The notes under the pieces were generated by a model. The model was not told where the DNA came from and ran no database searches. It saw nothing but the letters and a program-made list of their open reading frames with translations. The translations under genes and the position numbers were made by a program. DNA of 64,000 nt from a virus. Taxonomy: Duplodnaviria > Caudoviricetes. The stretch covers positions 32,001 to 96,000 of IMG/VR virus record IMGVR_UViG_3300025121_000014. One strand, written 5' to 3'. Below, piece after piece: positions 50,101 to 57,900 of this stretch (position 1 is its first letter; each line of letters opens with the position of its first letter).

Positions 50101-50348
50101 TTCTTAATAGAACTGCTTCAAACTCAACAACATTATATAGAAACAAAACATCATTAGGTTCAACTTCAGCCGCTTCAGCAGATTATCCTGCTACAACATT
50201 GTATGTGGGGTGTTTGCACCATTATTTTTCTGGTGCAACAAGTTTTGCTAGAAAAAGATATGCATTTGCTGGTGCAGGAGCTAGTTTATCCGTTGATGAA
50301 ATAACAGTTTTAACAGATGCTTGTAATACATATTTATCATCTACATAA
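41169..50348 (+). CDS. Giant 3059-aa receptor-binding/virion protein: LamG domains, 46-aa LRR arrays, PKD-like domain, BspA-like IPSGLFDNCP repeats
   Basis: LTFDGVND...WHEV...LNGYIDEI (LamG), CNLTGTLDLSGLTGLGG repeats, YIDWGDGS (PKD-like) and IPSGLFDNNPLVTTF repeats. Confidence 0.85.
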   Translation: MAVLLNNNISTNQNEIVLKHNRGVELSGGTDVVTWSSIETGWVFKQETEANRPTYNDTEKAIEFNVDITQYLRANKSFDYSQNFIFDGYIKLKQTGYTMVFIWQYDDPYTNNYIDLLYFSLGYFKVGVLGQVVRYQQAFAIIPDYWYHILIQYDSVSYTLFVDGKFYACYELAPSGYATEMPLEIGRSSTPSQRPDCYISQISIKNGYKDIFSGWNGSSLNYSGGEQVFTPPLRMGTIVPILDLKSELYKNQNILYTTGNYVYQWKDEDDNMALQHEIGYQPIYNLTNGLTFDGVNDFMSITHNDNFNLGTNDFTIITKFYIKSSAKLDYISLLSKKLNNNNLGWYLYFRNQNDVDRYKLGFGYSGETYTDILSSELAYLDTWHEVLVQGDSLYLSIFVNGYYAGNINREKIYDSTTNLLIGKHDSTNVRLLNGYIDEISIFPYYRYDISGLTEGDFVYEPSLRQSAVAPPPNSITFITNKFGNFEPVITTNDASIGTWQVFGVGTQTSNNPSFTLNGVDRTVSLTIADYTRLTSIIWDDEAIKGTLDISYLTALQDTIKLNDNPTLSTIIWPTLSQNITTFWLNGCAFEELNLSSLTTIRGDLRLCNNPDLSSITLPPITASVIRFDLDNCNFTTINIGNLQNLSGILQIHENNNLVGITLPSSSNLFSLFSAYNCNFTSLNLSNLTNLGGQLLLSGNTSLSTLTMPTYSAVFTEIDLSYTSLGVISWENFTADNSNILIKVNDCSLTQDEVNETLVKLDTEGWTGGTLYIDGNNAGPDVVSGGFDGVAAKISLSGKSWNIYINPDRILFEFTTNKTGSITPEIQTTSDTSNWYLNDEYYQTNSPSFTGLTGVELDGIMELDDYSVVTYIDVNSDDLINQLDFSLLTNTSQYRFYSNSNLTGVTFPITNTTITYLYGYSCNLTGTLDLSTLTGLGGDIKLYSNPNLTEIINPVSSGLITFYYAYSCNLTGTLDLSGLTGLGGSFSVYLNANLTEIINPVSSKTFTIYYAFSCNLTGTLDLSGLTGLGGNFRVYSNANLTEIINPVSNRLITYYYAFSCNLTGTLDLSGLTGLGGQLSVRSNPNLTQIINPVSSKTFTIYSAYSCNLTGTLDLSGLTGLGGSFYAYSNPNLTDIIFPYTENSFTSIMAYSCNLGLLNWEVLATGDTSNYVDIQLQDNNMTTTEVNGNLAKLNETGWLSGICYIDGTNAGIDTISGGFNGVQAKIDLEEKGWTVYTNAEIPTLILYTTKTGTYSPYITTGTTNTATWFLQGYNSQITNNPSFTGLTGQFLYSAIQISDFSYITGLTANNQNISGTLDLSLLTNLSLFDFGNNNQLNRVIYPNDTQQITLFDFSYCNLYGDLDISSNTTGIINLSGLTGLSGDIRFISNNNVIDIIFPVSSELITNLNLSQCDFTNLNLSNLSNLSGDINLFGNESLSGLTLPSTTQTITSIDLSYCDLGIINWEILSSGSTNDDIIISMQNNNMLSEEVNETLTKLDILEWSGGTLNLGGNNNPIDSFSGGYDGIIAYNNLLTKNWTITVNTVLSFTTNKVGTFSPSIVISGSSISTWGLSGYTSQTGSTASFTGLTGDELNGSLYINAFPTITEIDLYNENIINTLDIIKLTDTTIFNLSFNSGLTNINNPSNNQSIEIYYANDCNLEILDLSSLIKLGGDVRLHNNYTLSGITFPSSSEAFTNLHLDNCDFRLLDLSNLTGLGGSVILTGNTNLTGVTFPSSSEAFTYLYLNDVDINSTLFLNDLNGLAGDIRLQNNSNMTAVIFPESSGVTTNLYIDNCDLTGLLYLDGMTGLAGDIRLYNNLNLTEIIFPISSSVITNLYAYSCDLTGTLDLSTMTGLGGLIRFNNNINLNSVIFPISNETTQNLYAYGCDLTGNIDLSTMTGLGGAVYFHNNTNLTGITFPTSSQSLSLLSLYNCNLTGTIDLSGLTGLLSAFRCYNNPLLTDINLPVVTAAFTTFDAYSCDLGVIQWYRLSGGTSNNINIQLQDNNMISAEVNENLYLLDQTGWLNGTCTINGNNEGADTNSGGFNGLAARDNLVAKGWTITINAPNESEILTMTWNVPSGTSVSIPQLNGYNYDYYIDWGDGSSEEHITTYDGTSHNYTESGLTEIKIVGTCETLYFNNIATERTYVSGITHWGNTQLKIVNFYGCSNLATLPSGTTEEAKLTEVTTFTNLFRDCYALTEIPNLIFSGCTIPTDFSYLIRNSAISSLPSGLLDDCVSATNFYYALSNSSLTTILSGLFDNCPLINNVASLFHDGSSFTTIPSGLFDNCPLITNFSFTFYNTAIDWIPSGLFDNNPLVTTFYNTFTSCNALTGITEGLFNNNVNVQSFGSTFYGNIGILSIPDGLFDYCTGVTTFASTFQSCGGLTNIPSGLFDNCPLVNTFDSTFYYANGITSIPTNLFDNNPLVTTFVATFFYLPLTSIPTGLFNNNPLVENFGSTFYECPLTSIPSGLFDNCSGVTTFAATFYGTNISIIPTDLFNSQTGVTTFESTFQDSNLLTTIPSDLFDTNLNVDTFYRTFYSCAIVSGDAPDLWITHSGATGTECFATDIELYNYEFIPTDWGGLGYEVAVSYTTNAPSTFTPSVTSIQTVNWSLSGFSDQLTNNANFTGLSGATLYGELSNSNITGITTIDMADEYLVGNVNLVGLTNVTDFVFYGNSELTGLTFPSTNVVITNIQLSGCSLGVLNWEDLSGQTCDDIIINMDDNNMTTAEVNETLVLLDQTTWTGGTISLSGANDGYDSGTGGFDGTTAIANLLGKGWNATINLAHVVEMGYWNDDGFWVDTSPWLDDTYDLIEEYRTVYNSMTTKPSESVTLAQNTLVESLVNAGVWDKLDVFYNFANEINTAGEAQINWKTPGTRNATLVNSPIFTSLAGFSTNGSSSYINTNYTPSTHRVNYSLNSASMFVYPTTVTEPLTQSMYDIGVLGGPSSGYISANFYSDNMARVELNTNVDWTVSSSQYTGFFVLNRTASNSTTLYRNKTSLGSTSAASADYPATTLYVGCLHHYFSGATSFARKRYAFAGAGASLSVDEITVLTDACNTYLSST
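43929..44630 (+). repeat. 138-bp tandem repeat array (46-aa LRR units) inside the giant gene
   Basis: tg(t/c)aattta... unit starts at 43929, 44067, 44205, 44343, 44481 and 44619. Confidence 0.9.
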
Positions 50349-50369
50349 TAAAAAAATAAATTTTAAAAA

Positions 50370-50579
50370 ATGATAATATTAGACGAAACACAAAAAGATC
50401 AAGTGAAAGGTAATTATGGACAATGGAAAGCATTAGATCCAATTGAAATACAGGGTAATTTGTGGATATTACCTGAAGAAGTTTTAGAAGATAATGATTA
50501 TTCAAGTATATTTGAAATATTAAATTATTGTGAACAAAGAGAAGTATTAGAAAGTGAACTAATCATATATAATATTTAA
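50370..50579 (+). CDS. Small acidic protein following the giant fibre gene (possible assembly partner)
   Basis: 69 aa, LDPIEI...LWILPEEVL. Role inferred from position only. Confidence 0.65.
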   Translation: MIILDETQKDQVKGNYGQWKALDPIEIQGNLWILPEEVLEDNDYSSIFEILNYCEQREVLESELIIYNI

Positions 50580-50610
50580 ATTTAATATATAAATAAAATA
50601 TAAATAGACA

Positions 50611-52302
50611 ATGGCAAAAATAGATCAATTTACGAATGGTGAAGGTGGATTAAGTGTAAGAACTAAATTAAACGAAGCTATGAAAACAGTAGAAGTTACT
50701 AGTGGATATTTCACTGGTGATGGTACTGTAGCTACACCTCTTGTTGGTCATTGGTCGGGTGATACTACAAGTATTACATATACAGGATATTTACAATTAT
50801 CAGGTGTTTCAGCACCAAGCCCTATTGTTGGTAGATTATATTCTGGTGTTGATGGACATTTATATTATTCTTCTGGTAGTACTTTTATTCAAATTGATAA
50901 TCCTGGTGTTGATTGGGGTAATGTTAGTAGTGATATAATACCAGATACAACAAGTACTTATACAATAGGTTCTACTACTAAATTATTTTCAATAGTTTAT
51001 ACACCCAAAATAAAATATGAGTCTACGGGAACATTAATACAAGCTTTTGGATCTAATAATTATTTCATTGGAAGAGGAGGAAATGAAACTCTAACAGGTA
51101 CCGATAATATAGTAATAGGTTATTATGCAGGAAATAATTTAACATTAGCAACTCATAATATAGTAATAGGTTATTATGCTGGAAATGATATTACAGAAGC
51201 AGATAATAATATTCTTATTGGTAGACTTGCAGGTGATATTATTAATACAGGTGGTGATAATGTTATAATAGGTGCATATGCTGGTAGAAAATTAACAACC
51301 GATATTGGTGCTGTAATGGTAGGTCATGAAGCTGGTTCATATGCTTCAGGAAGAAATGATTTTTTTGGGTATCAATCTGGAAAAGGTGTAGATGGTCAAA
51401 GTACAGGTTCTAATAATGCTTCTTTTGGTTATAGATCATTATTAAATTTTACTACTGGTGTTCAAAATGCTGCGTTTGGTGGATATTCATTATCTAGTAT
51501 TACAACAGGGAATTATAATACTGCAATTGGATATCAAACATCGTACTTATTATCAGGTGGATCCTATAATACACTACTTGGTTATAAAGCTGGGTATGAA
51601 TCATTAGTAGGATCTAATAATATATTTATAGGTGCAAATGCAGGTTATAATGAAACAGGAACAAATAAATTATACATACATGCACAAAGTACATCTTCTT
51701 CTGATTCAAATACATCATTAATTTATGGTGAATTTGATAATTTATTTATTAAAATAAATGGTCATTTAAAATTAAAAGCAATTTCCGAGCCAACAGCAGA
51801 AAATGGTTTATTATATGTAAATTCTACTGATTCACATTTATATTATTCATCTGGAACTACTTATATTAAATTATCTGATAATATTATAAATTCTGATAAC
51901 TTATCTAATTTACAAGAAGGTGATATGTTATCTTATGATTCTACTACTGGTAAATTTATTAATGTAGCTGCAGAAGAATATGATGAATTAATTAGAATAT
52001 CACAAACAAATATATCAGGTAATACTCAGTTAAATGATTATGTATCAGCAGGTTATGCTATTGATTTTTGTGTTATTAAAGAAACATCTGGAAATTCAGC
52101 AGGAAATGTTTCATTAGGATTAGTTCAAACTGGTTCAACAGAAATAATTGATAATTTTTCTGTTACTGCAAATTATAATGGAGAAATCCCATTAGGTCAA
52201 TTATATTTTAGTGATACAGTTAATACTGACTTATACATTAGTTCTGATAATTGGGGTACAGGTAAAATTAATATTTACCTATTATTAAAAAGAATAATAT
52301 AA
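50611..52302 (+). CDS. Tail-fibre-like protein with 14-aa NxxxGxxA beta-roll repeats
   Basis: NIVIGYYAG/NTAIGYQT repeats, with N- and C-terminal cassettes shared with other fibre genes. Confidence 0.8.
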   Translation: MAKIDQFTNGEGGLSVRTKLNEAMKTVEVTSGYFTGDGTVATPLVGHWSGDTTSITYTGYLQLSGVSAPSPIVGRLYSGVDGHLYYSSGSTFIQIDNPGVDWGNVSSDIIPDTTSTYTIGSTTKLFSIVYTPKIKYESTGTLIQAFGSNNYFIGRGGNETLTGTDNIVIGYYAGNNLTLATHNIVIGYYAGNDITEADNNILIGRLAGDIINTGGDNVIIGAYAGRKLTTDIGAVMVGHEAGSYASGRNDFFGYQSGKGVDGQSTGSNNASFGYRSLLNFTTGVQNAAFGGYSLSSITTGNYNTAIGYQTSYLLSGGSYNTLLGYKAGYESLVGSNNIFIGANAGYNETGTNKLYIHAQSTSSSDSNTSLIYGEFDNLFIKINGHLKLKAISEPTAENGLLYVNSTDSHLYYSSGTTYIKLSDNIINSDNLSNLQEGDMLSYDSTTGKFINVAAEEYDELIRISQTNISGNTQLNDYVSAGYAIDFCVIKETSGNSAGNVSLGLVQTGSTEIIDNFSVTANYNGEIPLGQLYFSDTVNTDLYISSDNWGTGKINIYLLLKRII

Positions 52303-52380
52303 TAACAACCCTATTATTAAAGCAGTGTTTAAAATATATCTTATGATATTTTATATATAATTAAAAAAATATAATTAAGA

Positions 52381-54909
52381 ATGTCATTTGTAAAGCAAAT
52401 TTATCCACGTATAAGTAATGTTTCTGTCAACAATCAAAGTGTAGAATATTTAGACTTAAGTGGTTTAACCGAACCATCAAATCCATCAATAGGTGGTAGA
52501 ATATATGTAGGTATTGATAGACATTTATATTATTCTAGTGGTACTTCTTTTGTTCAACTTGATTCATCTACTGTTAATTGGTCTGATTCATTAACATCAA
52601 ATCTTATCCCAGATACTGATGATGCATACGATTTAGGTAATGGAACTTATAGATTTAGAGATATTTATTTTAGTGATAATATTAAAATAGGAAATGATAG
52701 ATTTTTAACATACGGTGTAACAAACACAAATATTTTTTTAGGATTAAATTCAGGTAATTTAACAGGAACTGGTGGAAATAATGTTATTTTAGGTAATGTT
52801 GCAGGAGTTGCTTTAACTGATGGTACAAATAATGTATTATTAGGTTATCAAACAGGTGATGCTATTCGAGATGGTATAGGAAATATTTTTATTGGTGGTC
52901 AATCTGGTTCTGCTGTTGTAAGTGGAAATTATAGTGTAGGTATTGGATATCAAACATTACTTCTAAATAAAAGTACATCAATTATTGCTATTGGTGAATC
53001 AGCAGCTAGAGATACTATTGCAAGTGCTTATGGTATATTTATTGGATATCAAGCTGGATTAGGTAATGGTACAACTACAAATGGTCAATTTAATATTTCT
53101 ATTGGTGCTGAATCAGGTAAATTAGCAACATCTGCACATAATAATATTAATTTTGGTTATAAAACTGGTTATTCTAATTTAACAGGTTCATATAATATTA
53201 ATATTGGGCAACATGCAGGTTATAATGAAACTGGTAGTAATAAATTATATATTCATTCACAATCAACTACAACAGCAACAAGTTTAACTAGTTTAGTTTA
53301 TGGTGAATTTGATAATCATTTTTTGAGATTTAATGCTTCTATTGTTATATCTGGAATGACTGCACCTAGTCCACAAACTGGATTATTATATGTAGATACA
53401 GATAAACATTTATATTATTCTTCTGGTGATACATTTTTTCAACTTGATACAGGTGGTGATTTTTTATCTATAAATAGTAATATAATACCGAGTATAAATA
53501 ATACATATAATATAGGATCATCTAATTATGCTTGGAAAGACTTATATTTAACAGGAACTACATACACTAATACTATTATGGAATTTAACACAGATTTTGG
53601 TGTTACAATAGATTATGTATTATTAAAAGATAGTGGAATTACATTAGGTACAGGACCTGCTGTAAATACAATACAAACAACTATATCAGATTCAGATACA
53701 TCTATACCAACATCAGGCGCTGTAATTGATGCTATATCACAATCTACATTAGGATGGATTAATGCTTCTGGAACTCCATTAGTTAATCAAATTGCAATGT
53801 TTATTGATACCAATACGATAGAAGGTCAAAGTGGATTGACATGGAATGGTTCTACATTTATTGTCACTGGAACAACAAATACTGATACATTAGTTGCAAA
53901 TAATTATTTATCTATAACTAATACGGAAGGTTATTTACAATTTGCCGGAAATACCGTTAGAATTGGATATGGTATATCAACTAATACTGGTACAACTAAT
54001 TCTATTTTAATAGGTTATAATACTGGTGTTATTTTAAACGAAGGTGATAATAATATAGCTATTGGTACAAATACATTAAGTCAATGTGATAATTATTCAA
54101 ATAATGTTGTAATTGGTTATGGTGCAGGTACTTATGCTAATGCATCTAATAATACTTTTATTGGTTATCGTTCAGGATTAGGTGTAGATTCGTTAACAAC
54201 TGGTGATAATAATACAGCAGTCGGTTATGATACATTATACACATTAACAACAGGAACACAGAACACAATATTTGGTGGTTATGCTGCTACTATATTAGAA
54301 GACGGTTCATATAATACTATAATAGGTTATCAATCAGGATTTTTTAATACAGGTGGAACATATAATGTAATGTTAGGTTTTCAATCTGGTTATAATAATG
54401 AAGGTAATTTAAATGTATTTATTGGTAATCAAGCAGGATATAATGAAGTTTATAATAATAAATTATATATTTCTAATTCAAATGCTGATTCAACAGGTGC
54501 TTTAATTTATGGAGAATTTGATACACCACTATTAAGAATAAATGCACCATTAATAGTACCTACAATTAGTGGAAATGTTGGATTTAGTGATGTGGTAACA
54601 TTCAGTGGTCAAACTACTTATGTGTTAGATACTTTAAATGATACAGGTATTAATACAAATTGTAATAATGGTAATATTCATACAGTTACTTTAACAGGAA
54701 ATAGTATATTAAATTTACCAACAAATTCATTAGTTGGTTCAGTTCATCAATGGATTATTACGCAAGATGCTGGTGGAACAAATACATTAAATTTAACAGC
54801 ATTTACAATTATCGGAACAACAAAAACAATATCTACTGTATCAAATGCTATAAGTTTATTAATTGCAGTTTATAATGGTAGTAATTGGATAATGACAATA
54901 TCCACATAA
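52381..54909 (+). CDS. Tail-fibre-like protein with two beta-roll repeat blocks
   Basis: Two blocks, each ending GYNE..NKLYI...LxYGEFD. C-terminal domain is paralogous to that of 54930. Confidence 0.8.
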   Translation: MSFVKQIYPRISNVSVNNQSVEYLDLSGLTEPSNPSIGGRIYVGIDRHLYYSSGTSFVQLDSSTVNWSDSLTSNLIPDTDDAYDLGNGTYRFRDIYFSDNIKIGNDRFLTYGVTNTNIFLGLNSGNLTGTGGNNVILGNVAGVALTDGTNNVLLGYQTGDAIRDGIGNIFIGGQSGSAVVSGNYSVGIGYQTLLLNKSTSIIAIGESAARDTIASAYGIFIGYQAGLGNGTTTNGQFNISIGAESGKLATSAHNNINFGYKTGYSNLTGSYNINIGQHAGYNETGSNKLYIHSQSTTTATSLTSLVYGEFDNHFLRFNASIVISGMTAPSPQTGLLYVDTDKHLYYSSGDTFFQLDTGGDFLSINSNIIPSINNTYNIGSSNYAWKDLYLTGTTYTNTIMEFNTDFGVTIDYVLLKDSGITLGTGPAVNTIQTTISDSDTSIPTSGAVIDAISQSTLGWINASGTPLVNQIAMFIDTNTIEGQSGLTWNGSTFIVTGTTNTDTLVANNYLSITNTEGYLQFAGNTVRIGYGISTNTGTTNSILIGYNTGVILNEGDNNIAIGTNTLSQCDNYSNNVVIGYGAGTYANASNNTFIGYRSGLGVDSLTTGDNNTAVGYDTLYTLTTGTQNTIFGGYAATILEDGSYNTIIGYQSGFFNTGGTYNVMLGFQSGYNNEGNLNVFIGNQAGYNEVYNNKLYISNSNADSTGALIYGEFDTPLLRINAPLIVPTISGNVGFSDVVTFSGQTTYVLDTLNDTGINTNCNNGNIHTVTLTGNSILNLPTNSLVGSVHQWIITQDAGGTNTLNLTAFTIIGTTKTISTVSNAISLLIAVYNGSNWIMTIST

Positions 54910-54929
54910 TAAAAATAAAAATAATATCA

Positions 54930-57900
54930 ATGGCTAAAATAGACCAATTTGTAAATGGCGAGGGTGGTTTAAGTGTAAGAACTAAAATTAATGAAGCTAT
55001 AAAATCAGTAGAAGTTGATTCAACTTTAAGTGGAGATGGAAATATTGCTAGTTCATTAGGTGTTGTTTGGAGTGGTGTTAATTCTGATTTTTTACCTACA
55101 TCTGATTCTACTTATGTAATTGGTTCTGGTAATACTGCTTTTAAAGATATTTATATTAAAGGTCGTTTAAATATTAATAATGAAACAAATTATAATACTG
55201 ATTACGGAATTTGGTTTAATGATATTACAGGATTTTATATGGCTGCTGATGATATAATTTATTTATCATTATCTGGTGGTACAAAAACAGTAAGAATTAA
55301 TCAATATGGTATAGGTTATAATGTTACACCAACTGCTACTTATAATAATTATTTTCTAGGTACATTAAGAGCAACTACGAATATATCAGCAGGTGGCACT
55401 ATTACATCATTCGGCACTATTTATGCAAATGCAGAAATAGCAATAGGTGGTACAATAGGTGAAGGTAATTTTATTTGCCAATCTAGTACCGATAAAATAT
55501 CTATTTTAACAGGTGGTTTAGATACATTATCAACTGAAAATATATCCGGAACGGGTTTTACTTATATTAATAGTGTTTTAGAATTATCTGGAACAACTGA
55601 ACCAACACCAGGTGCTGGTAGATTATATTCTAATATAGACGGGCATTTATATTATTCATCTGGTGATACTTTTATACAAATTGATAATCCTGCTGTTTCT
55701 GTTAGTTGGGATGCTGTAGATGGAAATTTAATACCAACTTCTGGTAATACAATAGATATTGGTTCTGGTGATACTGCTTTTAAAGATTTATATTTAGAAG
55801 GAATAGCATATGTCAATAATATTACGGAATTTAATATAGGTTCTGGTATTACATTCGGTGGTAATTTATATAGTGATAAAATTATAATAGATCAAAATCA
55901 AAATTATGGTATAAATACTGGATTATGGTTTGGTGATGGTAATACTGGAATTTATGAAAGTGAAAATGATACATTAATCTTTACTACTAATACATTTCAA
56001 AGATTATCTATTAATAATTCTGAAATAGTAGCTAGTGTAAATTTTTATGCTGATGCTTCAAATCAATTAAATTTAGGCACAACAACAAGAAATTGGTTAA
56101 ACTTATATTTAGGGGGTTCTATATATAATGAAACCACTGAAATTATTAATATAAGTGGATCTTCAAATGTAGATTTTAAAATTCCAATTAGAGTAAATAC
56201 AATTAATGAATTAGATATTAATTCTGGTGTTACAATAGAGGGAGTTGAATTAAAAGATGGTGATTTAACATCTACTAAATCAGGTGGTGGATTAATTCAA
56301 TCAGTTGATAGTGATACTGGACATGTAGTTAGTTTTAAAGCACAAGGTGTTAATGAATATGTTAGAGCTGCTTTTCTTTTAGGTGATGAAGATAATAATA
56401 TTACTAATGGTGCTTTATGGGTTGCACCTGCTGGTACTACACAAGAACCAATATCATTAGAAGCATTGACAAATACTGATACCGTTGGGAATAATTCTAC
56501 AAAAAGAATTGGATTAAATATTACTACTACAAAAGGAGTTTTATATACAGGTAGGGCAGAAGGTAATGATGGTGATATACCATTAATATTTACTACACAA
56601 GGGGCAGTAGGAAGTTCTGCTATTTCAATTGATGGAGATACTAATCAATATGTAAATGTGCATACTAGATTAAAAACAGATTACATTTACGAATATACTG
56701 CTTCACAAGGAATTATTATTGGAAATGATGTATCAATATTACAAAATTTAACAATAGCTGGAAATATATCAGTAACTGGAACATATTTTACAAGTAGTGC
56801 AGAAACCTTTTTAGTAACAGACAATTTAGCTGTAATTAATTATGGTGAAACTAGTGCTGGTGTTACATTAGGTTTTGCAGGATGGGAAGTAGATAGAGGA
56901 ACATTAACACCTTATAGATGGGGATTTAGTGAATCTTCTGATACATTTGAATTAGGTGAATATTATATACAATTAACAACAGGTACAATAACAGGAGGCC
57001 CGTTTACTATTCAAGAAGAAATTTTACAAGAAAATACAGGGGCAAGAGGATACATTTATTCTTCTGATCAATCTACATTTGTAAAGATAAAAGGAACTTT
57101 TGGAACTTTTGATACTTCTAATGTTATATCTGGTTTAACATCTAATGCAACTTTTACACCAACGTTAGTTACTATTAATGATAGTCTTCAAGCTGTTGCT
57201 ACAAGACAAGATACACCTACTGATACTGGTGTAGCTTTTTGGAATTCGACCACTACTAGTTTTGAAACACATTCTGGACTTAAATATGTTTATGAAACAG
57301 GCATTTTAAATGTAAATATAATTAATGAATCTACGGATACATTAGGTGTTACAATAGAAGGAGTTGAATTAAAAGATGGTGGAATTAAATTAGTATCAGG
57401 TTCTACTATTAATACAATAGAAACAATATTAACAAACGATAATACACATATACCTACATCTAGTGCTGTTGTCGATGCAATTGCACAAACTTCACAAGGA
57501 TGGGTTAATACAACAGGAACACCTATAAATAATCAATTAGCTATATTTACAGATGATAATACAATTGAAGGTGTTACTGGATTAACATTTGATGGAACTA
57601 ATTTAGGTGTAGGAGTAGATTTTTCTACTAATAAAGGATTATATTTAATAAAAAACAATACAACTGGTTCTGAAATATATAGTTATGGAGCAGATATTAG
57701 ATCAACACATACTAATGAAGATACAGATTTAAATTGGTTAATTGGAATATATGCATCTGCTGAAATATCTGGTGTATCTAATGTAACAAATCTTGGTGCA
57801 ACCGTTGGTGGATATTTTTATGCTAAAAACTTAGGAACAGGATATTCAGATGAATTAATAGGTATATATGCTAAAGTTGATAATAATAGTAATAATGCAT

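Larger units (their letters stand above)
849..50591. promoter_or_regulatory. Recurrent intergenic TTAATATATA motif, candidate phage late promoter
   Basis: Plus strand at 849, 14552, 17066, 19141, 21970, 23670, 26687, 27809, 30214, 37647, 40551 and 50582; minus strand at 9060-9069 and 27821-27830. Nearly all lie a few tens of bp upstream of gene starts. Confidence 0.6.
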
